NCBI GenBank assembly: GCA_947311265.1
Contig: CAMZKQ010000240.1
Coordinates: 1 to 53,649, forward strand
Length of the DNA stretch: 53,649 bases
From: an uncultured Chlorobiota bacterium
GTDB taxonomy: Bacteria > Bacteroidota > Bacteroidia > Bacteroidales > JAADGE01
Direction: 5' to 3'
The notes under the pieces were generated by a model. That model ran no database searches and was not told where the DNA came from. It saw only the letters and a list, made by a program, of their open reading frames with translations. The position numbers and the translations under genes were made by a program. Positions 19,181-26,987 of this stretch are shown here, one piece after another (position 1 is the first letter of the stretch; every line of letters begins with the position of its first letter).

Positions 19181-19777
19181 TTATTTAACTTCTATGTCAG
19201 AACTACTGTAAGTTGAAGCATTTAGGCTTGTTCCTGCTGCTATCGCTGCATCTTTACCTTTTATCAATAAAAACAGAGGACTGAATAAACCTATAAAAGC
19301 CCATGCAAATAATAAAAATCCAACTATGGTTAGTGTCCATACTAATCCTTTTTTGCTTTTTCCTTTTTTTGATACTTTCTCAGAATTTAATGTAATTATT
19401 GTTCCGTCTACAGCCTGCACGCTTACCGCTTTAATTATAATTTCTCCCGGTCTTCCTAATCGCCTTGCTTTTGCTGCACTTTCAACTCTTCCTTGTACTG
19501 TTGAACCTCCCGCAATAACAACTTTTCTCCCGACTTTTACATCATAGCTTACACGCAGATTAACTCGTTGCCCTGTAACTAAATTTGCCGAGTTAAGAAT
19601 AGAGCTTGTTTCAATAGGAATTGAAGTACCGGCAGGCAAAGTTACGACGGTTTTAGTTCCTTCCTGATTCGGAAGTAAGTTGGTTTCTTTTTCAATATTA
19701 CTGTCTGTAGCAAAACTGCTGTAATTAAAGGAAATCAGGAAAGTCATAAATGTAATAGCTAATATAGCTTTCTTCAT
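19181..19777 (-). CDS. Hypothetical secreted/membrane-anchored protein
   Basis: Signal peptide (MKKAILAITFMTFLISF), beta-rich middle region, K-rich linker and a C-terminal hydrophobic hairpin (LVWTLTIVGFLLFAWAFIGLFSPLFLLI). I recognise no family. Confidence 0.5.
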   Translation of the reverse strand: MKKAILAITFMTFLISFNYSSFATDSNIEKETNLLPNQEGTKTVVTLPAGTSIPIETSSILNSANLVTGQRVNLRVSYDVKVGRKVVIAGGSTVQGRVESAAKARRLGRPGEIIIKAVSVQAVDGTIITLNSEKVSKKGKSKKGLVWTLTIVGFLLFAWAFIGLFSPLFLLIKGKDAAIAAGTSLNASTYSSSDIEVK

Positions 19778-19899
19778 AAGAAAAAAAATGTAAGAATAAT
19801 TTGTACGGCAACCAAGTGTTTCTGTTGTAATTTTATGTGAAAATATTTTGTAATAACAATATCTTAGGGGGGCGAAAAGGTGCTACAAATTTATGTAAA

Positions 19900-20508
19900 T
19901 CAGTCTTTTACGCAACGCACCGAAAGCCCAGCAGTAGTGCTGTAACTTTCTGTGGATATAGAACCGTCTAAACTTGTCATTGAGCGTGCTTTTGAGAACG
20001 CTTTGTCGTTGCCAGCGGTGCTTGTCCAGAAATAAGCACTTTGGTTTACATAGCGAAAGTACTTATTGCTACTATTGTTAACGTAGTAACCACCTGGTAG
20101 TGCCGAAAACCCACTTTGATTATCGCCGTAGTTTTTTCGGAAAAAGAGAGGCCAACCTGCAATGTTTTTTAACTTTTTGCCTGCTTTCCATTGCCCTTCA
20201 AGCCCTTTGGTTAATGTTGTCCATTCCGCATCGCTTGGCAAATGCCAGCCAGAAGGGCAAGCCTTGCGGGCAGATTCCCAACTGTATAGGTAGCCATAGT
20301 TTCCAAAATTACTTTCATCATTATTAGCTTTCCAGCAGTCGGAGGTGGTTTTGTAGGCAAGGTTTTCTGCCATCCATATTTGTGTGCCAATTTTTACAGT
20401 TTCATAAGTTTTATCATTTCTGCTGTCGGTAAAACTGCCTGTTTCTTGTGCGTTGGAAAGTTAGTTAAAAATCAGTAAAAGGATAGTAATTGTTGCTACT
20501 TTTTGCAT
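19900..20508 (-). pseudogene. FISUMP-domain (Fibrobacter succinogenes major paralogous domain) secreted protein with an in-frame TAA in the signal peptide
   Basis: The ATG at 20508-20506 gives MQKVATITILLLIFN*LSNAQETGSFTDSRNDKTYETVKIGTQIWMAENLAYK..., continuous with track ORF 19900-20373. The stop is at 20461-20463. The domain has the hallmark FTD.R.....Y..V.IG.Q.WMAENL ... CPSGWHLPSDAEW ... GLSVRCVKD. Confidence 0.75.
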
Positions 20509-20632
20509 AGTTATAATATTTATAGTTTATAAAAATAAGACCTGTAAAGTAGGATTTATTACCCTTGCATAAGAAAAAAGTTTACCAAAGGTGTGTTTTG
20601 TCTAATGAATAGTTGCCTCTAGTATATAAAAA

Positions 20633-20657
20633 AACCTTGATAAAAAATATCATGGTT
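20633..20657 (-). terminator. Rho-independent terminator after tRNA-Cys
   Basis: On the minus strand, aaccatgat-loop-atcaaggtt (one mismatch) followed by a T-run, immediately 3' of the tRNA. Confidence 0.5.
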
Positions 20658-20661
20658 TTTT

Positions 20662-20736
20662 TGGAGGTCACGAGCGGATTCAAACCGCTGTACACGGTGT
20701 TGCAGACCGTTGCCTAAGTCACTCGGCCACGTGACC
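20662..20736 (-). tRNA. tRNA-Cys (anticodon GCA), CCA encoded
   Basis: The minus strand reads GGTCACG-TG-GCCGAGTGACTTAGGC-A-ACGGT-CTGCAAC-ACCGT-GTAC-AGCGG-TTTGAAT-CCGCT-CGTGACC-T-CCA. It has a 7-bp acceptor stem, 5-bp anticodon stem, loop CU-GCA-AC, 5-bp T stem and U73 discriminator (Cys identity element). Confidence 0.85.
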
Positions 20737-20807
20737 ATTTGAATGAACTGCAAATATAAAAATTTATTTTTTTAAAAAATATTAAATACTAATTTTTTTT
20801 TATATTT

Positions 20808-21239
20808 TTATATAGAACGCTCCCAAATTAGGTTTTTTCCAAAACCTAAACGGTTATCTGTCATTTTTATAAAATCTAATTGGAGTATCCATACCACCGG
20901 CTTCATCACCTTTGCAAAAGGGTAAGCTTTTAGGTATTTTTTCATGCTTTGTTTTTTATCCTCACCTTTAGGGAGCTGCATTTGCCCAGTAAATTGTATC
21001 CCTTGTATTTTCCCTACCTTCTTAGTTTCTAGAACAATAACGCCTGAAACATTGGGGTTTTCGCTGGCAATTCTGCCGTGCTTAGTGGCTAAGTTGGTAG
21101 AAAAAATTAAGCAAGCATTTTCTATATCTAATGTATAAAAACAACTGGCACAGTAAGGCCTATTATTTTCCGAAACCGCTAATGTTAGTACATGATGCTC
21201 GGTGATAAAGTCAATAATTTTTTTGTCGAGTGGGTTCAT
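20808..21239 (-). CDS. Pyridoxamine 5'-phosphate oxidase-like FMN-binding family protein (YhbP/UPF0306-like)
   Basis: MNPLDKKIIDFITEHHVLTLAVSENNRPYCASCFY... resembles the YhbP-type split-barrel family. The ATG at 21239 is preferred over the track's TTG at 21245. Confidence 0.6.
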   Translation of the reverse strand: MNPLDKKIIDFITEHHVLTLAVSENNRPYCASCFYTLDIENACLIFSTNLATKHGRIASENPNVSGVIVLETKKVGKIQGIQFTGQMQLPKGEDKKQSMKKYLKAYPFAKVMKPVVWILQLDFIKMTDNRLGFGKNLIWERSI

Positions 21240-21253
21240 AAGCAAAAAATTAG

Positions 21254-21261
21254 TAAATTTG
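21254..21261 (+). promoter_or_regulatory. Candidate -7 box (TAnnTTTG) for the M1 peptidase operon
   Basis: TAAATTTG at 21254-21261, 57 nt upstream of the ATG at 21318. Confidence 0.4.
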
Positions 21262-21317
21262 CAACTAGGTGCATCTAGTTACCAAGTAATAAACTACAAA
21301 ATTATCTATTTTACCTT

Positions 21318-23258
21318 ATGAAAAAAATACTTTACTTACTATTTTTGCTTGGCATTACTTTTCCGACCATGGGGCAGGAATACCAACACGTGTGTGCCAA
21401 ATCAAAAATATCATATTTTGAACGAAATTTAAACTTTCAAGACAAAGGCGTGCACAGTTTAGCTAGTTTTGCCTACGATTTAAAATACCATCGGCTTGTT
21501 TTTAATATCGACCCCGGAGTGCGGTATATAAAGGGAAGCGTTACTAGTTATTTTGAGCCAAAGACATCTAATTTTAATGAAATTGCTTTTGAAATATCCG
21601 AAGAATTAATTGTAGATTCTATAAAAATGAATAACCAACTGCTTTCCTTTTCCTTGGTAAATGAACTTGTTTTGATAACCCTCGATAATACAATTCCTGA
21701 AAACCAGTTAGACTCGCTTACCATTTTTTACGAAGGCGTACCCACCTCCTCTGGCTTTGGCTCATTTGAAACCACAAGCCATGCAGGAGTACCTGTAATG
21801 TGGACATTATCAGAGCCTTATGGGGCTATGGAATGGTGGCCCTGTAAACAAAGCCTGAATGACAAAATAGATTCTGTTGATATTTTTATAAAAACACCGG
21901 CTATTTACAGGGCAGCAAGTAACGGCGTTTTACTTTCAGAAACTGTTGATATTCATAATATTAAAACTGCACATTGGAAGCACCGACACCCTATTGCGGC
22001 TTACCTTATTGCCATTACAGTTACTAATTTTGTAGAATATTCGGACTATGCACTTTTGGCAGCGGACGACTCTGTTCAAATTTTAAACTACGTTTGGCCT
22101 GAAACCTTAGGTGAGGCAGAAATTTCCACCCCTAATATAATTGATGTAATGCAACTTTTTAGTAACTTATTTATTCCATACCCTTATAAGGACGAAAAAT
22201 ATGGACATGCAGAATTTGGCTGGGGTGGTGGCATGGAGCATCAAACGATGAGTTTCATGGGTGGCTTTTCGCATAGCCTTATGGCACACGAGCTTGCCCA
22301 CCAGTGGTTTGGCGATTATGTAACTTGTAGCTCTTGGCGAGATATTTGGTTAAACGAAGGCTTCGCCACTTACCTAGAAGGACTCACGACAGAGCATGGC
22401 TTAAACTCTGATGGACAGTCGTTTAAGGATTGGAAAAGTTTTAAAACATACGTTGCCACTTACAGCCCCACAGGTTCGGTTTATGTCGATGATACCACTC
22501 CCGTGAATAGAATTTTTAGTTCGCAACTTTCCTACTCCAAAGGCAGTATGGTACTGCACACATTGCGTAAGCAAATAGGCGATGAAGCCTTTTTTAATGG
22601 CATAAAAAACTACTTGCAAGACGCAAGCCTTAAAAATAACTATGCTTCGACCCCAGATTTACAGCAACATTTAGAAGCCACAAGTGGTACGGATTTACAA
22701 TACCTTTTCGATGATTGGGTTTATGGCGAAGGCTATCCAACATACACAATTTTCCATTCGCAGAATGCCCAAGGCATGGTAAATTTAGAAATAAACCAAA
22801 CCACTTCGCACTCATCTGTGGCTTTTTATAAACTTAAAGTACCCATAGAATTTAAAGGAATTACAGAAGACACCACTATAATTTTTGATAATACTGTTTC
22901 TGGGCAAACCTTTAATTTTAACTTAGATTTTGATATTTACGAAGTAGTGTTTGACCCAGAAAAAGATATAATTAATAGAAATTCGCAAGTTTTATTTATA
23001 AAAAATCCTGAATTTGAGAGCCAAATTACACTAAGGCCGAACCCTGCAAATGAACAAATTAATCTACAATTACCAGATAATATACAATTTACTGATATTT
23101 CTTTGTACAACAATTTAGGGCAAAAAATAACTTGCCTAGATTGTGATATTAATAAACGGGCTTACAGTTATAATATTTCGCATTTGAGCGAAGGCATTTA
23201 TTACTTAAAATTTTCGGCAAACGGAAGTACTGTAACAAAGAAATTCGTAAAGCAATAG
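21318..23258 (+). CDS. M1 family zinc metallopeptidase (aminopeptidase N-like) with T9SS C-terminal sorting domain
   Basis: GGMEH exopeptidase-type motif followed by HELAHQWFGD-X18-WLNEGFATY (HExxH-X18-E). Signal peptide present. The C-terminal ~80 aa (ITLRPNPANEQINLQL...GIYYLKF...) is a T9SS CTD. Confidence 0.85.
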   Translation: MKKILYLLFLLGITFPTMGQEYQHVCAKSKISYFERNLNFQDKGVHSLASFAYDLKYHRLVFNIDPGVRYIKGSVTSYFEPKTSNFNEIAFEISEELIVDSIKMNNQLLSFSLVNELVLITLDNTIPENQLDSLTIFYEGVPTSSGFGSFETTSHAGVPVMWTLSEPYGAMEWWPCKQSLNDKIDSVDIFIKTPAIYRAASNGVLLSETVDIHNIKTAHWKHRHPIAAYLIAITVTNFVEYSDYALLAADDSVQILNYVWPETLGEAEISTPNIIDVMQLFSNLFIPYPYKDEKYGHAEFGWGGGMEHQTMSFMGGFSHSLMAHELAHQWFGDYVTCSSWRDIWLNEGFATYLEGLTTEHGLNSDGQSFKDWKSFKTYVATYSPTGSVYVDDTTPVNRIFSSQLSYSKGSMVLHTLRKQIGDEAFFNGIKNYLQDASLKNNYASTPDLQQHLEATSGTDLQYLFDDWVYGEGYPTYTIFHSQNAQGMVNLEINQTTSHSSVAFYKLKVPIEFKGITEDTTIIFDNTVSGQTFNFNLDFDIYEVVFDPEKDIINRNSQVLFIKNPEFESQITLRPNPANEQINLQLPDNIQFTDISLYNNLGQKITCLDCDINKRAYSYNISHLSEGIYYLKFSANGSTVTKKFVKQ

Positions 23259-23271
23259 TAAATAACTACTT

Positions 23272-25008
23272 ATGATTAATTTTCAAGCCCTTAAAAAAAG
23301 TACATATACACTATTGACCATCAGTTTACTATTTTCCCTTTCCTGCGGAATAAGTAAGAAAATGGGTGGAAAAACGACTTCTGAAAAAGCAAATATTGAG
23401 TTTAAATATTTAATATCGGAAGCGGCAAAACAAACCATGCTTGGCAACAAGGAGGAAGCCATAGGAATATATCTGAAATGCTTGGAAATAAAACCCAAAA
23501 GTGCGGCCCCCAATTTTTTTACTGCTCAACTCTATTTAGAGCAAGACGACCTACAGTCTGCCCTTGTTTTTGCCGAAAAAGCAGTGCAACTAAATACTGA
23601 AAATTCGTGGTATAAAGTACTGAATGCTAGTGTTTTACAAAAATTAAACCGTCTGCAAGATGCCGCCAATTTATACTCGGAAACAATACAACAAGCCCCC
23701 GAAAAAGAATTTCTTTACTTTGAACTAATAAGGCTAAATTTTAGCCTTTCGCAACCCAAAGAAGCAATTAAAAACTACACACGCTACGAAAAGCATTTTG
23801 GATTAAGCGAACAAACCTCATTGGCATTATACGATTTATATGCCTCCGAAAAACAGTTTGATAAAGCACAAGCTAAGTTAAAAAAATTAGAACTACATTT
23901 CCCTGATAGTGCCAAATATCCTGCCCTAGCAGCAGAGTTATTTGTAGAAGAAGGTAAAATGGAACAAGCTAAAAAACAATATAACAAGCTCCTAAAACGT
24001 TTTCCAAATGATGATAACCTTAAACTCTCTTACGCTTCATACTGCAGAGTTGTAGGTAATAGAGACGAATTTAAAAAGAACATTGACATAGTTTTCCACT
24101 CTTCGCAAATTGATACCCAAACCAAAACAAAACTACTGCTTGCTGGGGCAGGCATTGATTTCTCTGCCGAAGAATTTGAAGAATATATTACATTACTAAT
24201 TGAAGAAAGCCCGGGGAATGCAAAAGTGTTTCTAGTGTATGCCAATTTCTTAATGAGCATTAAGCAAAAAAGACAAGCCACAGAAAACTATAGATATGCC
24301 ATACAAATTGATAATTCGGATATAAAACTTTGCCTATTGCTACTAAAACTAGACACCGAATTGCAAGATTATAAAACCCTACTTACCGATGCTGAACCCT
24401 TGTTAGAAATATATCCAAACCAACCAATTATTTATTTATACCACGGCACAGCCGCTTTTTTTACAAAAGATTACAACACCGCAATTACATCTTTGGAGTA
24501 CGGAAAATCAATACTAATTGATGATAAACAAATGGAATATAAATTCTACTCCTACTTAGGGGATACTTACCATGCTTTAAAAAAATATAAAAAATCGGAC
24601 ACCAATTTTGAGTTCCTCTTGGCAGCTAACCCCAACGACTACGGAACGGCAAATAAATACGCTTACTTTTTATCTGAAAGAGATACAAAACTAGAAAAAG
24701 CAGAGCAACTCATTTTGCTTTGCCTTAATAATAATGCACAATCCGCAGCCTACAACGATACTTATGCACGAGTTTTGTACCAACAAAAAAAATACAAAGC
24801 AGCCAAAAAATATTCTGATATTGCAGTACGAAACTCAACAAAAAACTCAGGTATATTAGAAAAAAATGGAGATATTCTCTACCGCTTGGGCAATAAAAAG
24901 GGAGCTATAAAAATGTGGAAACTTGCCGCCAAAAATGGAGGGAATAATAAAAATTTAAACATTAAAATAAAAGGCAATTTTTCTGAAATAGAAACCATTA
25001 TCTTTTAA
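23272..25008 (+). CDS. Tetratricopeptide-repeat lipoprotein
   Basis: Lipobox (LLFSLSCG) followed by many TPR-like helical repeats (…EEAIGIYLKCLEIKPKSA…, …YNDTYARVLYQQKKYKAAKKY…). Confidence 0.7.
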   Translation: MINFQALKKSTYTLLTISLLFSLSCGISKKMGGKTTSEKANIEFKYLISEAAKQTMLGNKEEAIGIYLKCLEIKPKSAAPNFFTAQLYLEQDDLQSALVFAEKAVQLNTENSWYKVLNASVLQKLNRLQDAANLYSETIQQAPEKEFLYFELIRLNFSLSQPKEAIKNYTRYEKHFGLSEQTSLALYDLYASEKQFDKAQAKLKKLELHFPDSAKYPALAAELFVEEGKMEQAKKQYNKLLKRFPNDDNLKLSYASYCRVVGNRDEFKKNIDIVFHSSQIDTQTKTKLLLAGAGIDFSAEEFEEYITLLIEESPGNAKVFLVYANFLMSIKQKRQATENYRYAIQIDNSDIKLCLLLLKLDTELQDYKTLLTDAEPLLEIYPNQPIIYLYHGTAAFFTKDYNTAITSLEYGKSILIDDKQMEYKFYSYLGDTYHALKKYKKSDTNFEFLLAANPNDYGTANKYAYFLSERDTKLEKAEQLILLCLNNNAQSAAYNDTYARVLYQQKKYKAAKKYSDIAVRNSTKNSGILEKNGDILYRLGNKKGAIKMWKLAAKNGGNNKNLNIKIKGNFSEIETIIF

Positions 25009-25035
25009 ACCACTATAATTTAAAACTAGAAAATC

Positions 25036-25842
25036 TTGAAAAAAATAATTTATATACTCACTTTCAGCCTATTAATATTGGGCTCTTGCGGCATATTTAC
25101 CAAAGGACATTCGCAAAATAATACAAATATTGCTAAAACCAAAAGTCAAAATATTGCAGATAGCTTAATTCATAATTACCTAGACTATAAATCATTAAAA
25201 ATTAAATTTTCGGCAGACTACCAAAGCAGAGTGCAAAAAATTAGCCTCCAAGGCACACTTAAAATTAAAAAAGATACATTTATATGGATGTCCTTATCCC
25301 CAGGAATGGGCATAGAAGCTGCCCGAGTTTTGCTTACCCCAGATAGCGTAAAATTTATAAACCGATTAAAAAAAGAATACTTTACAGGAAGTTACGACTT
25401 CTTGCAGCAAAAATATGGGCTACAACTCGATTATTTTACAGCACAAGCCATCTTCACCAACGAGTTGTTTATTTATCCCGCCAAAGCAGGAAAAGTGAAT
25501 TTAAACGATGATTTTAGCCTAGGTTCTGACTCTATCTTTAATACATTTACAAATATAATTGGAGATTCCCTTTCTCATAAAGTAAATATTGACAAGAAAA
25601 CACACAAAATAATTTCGACATTTGCAGCTATAAAAAAACAAGAAAAAACATTCGATTTACACTACAGCGATTTTGAAAAATACAACGAAAAACTATTCCC
25701 AGAAACCATAGAAATAAATGCAGAAGTGCCAAGCATGAAACGCAAATTTTTAATTTCGTACAATAAAATTTATGTAAACAAAGCCGTAAAAGCATCGTTT
25801 AAAATAGCCAATAGCTACACCAAAATTAAATTAGGAAAATGA
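25036..25842 (+). CDS. DUF4292-like lipoprotein (LolB-like fold family)
   Basis: TTG start. Lipobox (LLILGSCG). Size and position (after the TPR protein, before the LytM protein) are typical of Bacteroidota DUF4292 genes. This is a family call from memory of that context. Confidence 0.55.
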   Translation: MKKIIYILTFSLLILGSCGIFTKGHSQNNTNIAKTKSQNIADSLIHNYLDYKSLKIKFSADYQSRVQKISLQGTLKIKKDTFIWMSLSPGMGIEAARVLLTPDSVKFINRLKKEYFTGSYDFLQQKYGLQLDYFTAQAIFTNELFIYPAKAGKVNLNDDFSLGSDSIFNTFTNIIGDSLSHKVNIDKKTHKIISTFAAIKKQEKTFDLHYSDFEKYNEKLFPETIEINAEVPSMKRKFLISYNKIYVNKAVKASFKIANSYTKIKLGK

Positions 25843-26981
25843 AAAAAAGCACCTTTCTAATATTAATTATAATATCCTCATTAGTAAATACTTGGGCACA
25901 AAGTAATGCCGATGAAGAACTAAAGAGAGTACAACGCCTTTTGGCACAAGCTGAAACTAAAACTAGGGCAGGAATGCAAAAATTAGCACTCACTACCCGA
26001 GAAATTCAGCTCACAGAAGCGGCTATAAATCGCCTTGCAAAAAAGATTAAAGAAAACAAAAAAATAGAAACTATAAATAAGCAAAAACTAATAAAACTAG
26101 AGGCTGAAACCAACGCCCTAAAACAAGAGTATGCCGAACTGCTTTACTACGTCTATAAAACAAGAAGTACAATTGACCAAAGTATGTATATATTTGCTGC
26201 CGAGAGTTTTACACAAGCCTATGACCGAATAAAATACCTACAGTATTTTACTGATTATAATAAATTTATGGCTAAAAAAATAGCCCAAAATGTAGATAGC
26301 CTAAAAATAATGAACGATGATTTGGATTTTGAAATCCAGACAAATATAGAACTTAACGAAAAAAAAGCAGACCGGCTAGCACTACTATATAAAAAGAAAA
26401 AAGCTAGAAAACAAGATATAAAAAAACTAGCCCAAAATAAAAACCGCCTACGAAAAGAATTAAAAGCAAAAGAAGCACTGGCCGAAAAATTGAGCAGCGG
26501 TGTTTCAGAACAAATTGAAAAAGATAAAAAAATAGAGCCGGTTAAAAAAGGTCCAAAATCTAAACTGTCAAAAAGCTTTGAGAAAAATAAAAGAAAATTA
26601 CCTTACCCCTTAAAAGGCGTTATTTCTGCTTGGTTTGGAGTGCATAAACACCCTGTATTAGAGGAAGTTACAATCCGAAACGACGGTATTGATATTACCG
26701 CAGGAAAAAATAAAACGGTAAAAGCCGTTTTTAAAGGAAAAGTATCTAAAATAATAAGCATTCCCGGGGCAAATAAAGCCGTAATTATTAAGCATGGAGA
26801 GTATTACACTGTTTACTCCAACTTGGTAACAGTTAATGTAAAGCAAAATCAGAAGGTCGCAACAGGACAAAAAATAGGAAAAGTATATTATAACAAAAAT
26901 CAACCAGAACTGAGTATTCTTAACTTTCAAATCTGGCAAGGACGCAAAAAATTAGACCCATACATGTGGCTCAAAAAATAA
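25839..26981 (+). CDS. EnvC-like murein hydrolase activator (coiled coil plus degenerate LytM/M23 domain)
   Basis: ATGA overlap with the upstream gene. Signal peptide and ~230 aa of coiled coil. The C-terminal LytM fold has its metal ligands replaced: RNDGIDI instead of HxGxD, YSNL instead of YxHL, ILNFQIW instead of HLHFEI. Confidence 0.75.
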   Translation: MKKSTFLILIIISSLVNTWAQSNADEELKRVQRLLAQAETKTRAGMQKLALTTREIQLTEAAINRLAKKIKENKKIETINKQKLIKLEAETNALKQEYAELLYYVYKTRSTIDQSMYIFAAESFTQAYDRIKYLQYFTDYNKFMAKKIAQNVDSLKIMNDDLDFEIQTNIELNEKKADRLALLYKKKKARKQDIKKLAQNKNRLRKELKAKEALAEKLSSGVSEQIEKDKKIEPVKKGPKSKLSKSFEKNKRKLPYPLKGVISAWFGVHKHPVLEEVTIRNDGIDITAGKNKTVKAVFKGKVSKIISIPGANKAVIIKHGEYYTVYSNLVTVNVKQNQKVATGQKIGKVYYNKNQPELSILNFQIWQGRKKLDPYMWLKK

Positions 26982-26987
26982 AATACT

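Noticed and set aside
18619-20463. Genetic-code reassignment, or selenocysteine/pyrrolysine, as the explanation for the in-frame stops.
   Set aside because: Both stops are TAA, not TGA or TAG. TAA is also the commonest genuine terminator in this window (for example nadA, ruvB, ybeY upstream gene, mnmG), and those proteins end at family-typical lengths. The only tRNA present has anticodon GCA.
19181-20736. Integrated element at the 3' end of tRNA-Cys.
   Set aside because: There is no integrase, excisionase or phage/ICE gene, and I found no direct repeat of the tRNA 3' end. The downstream genes are ordinary Bacteroidota families.
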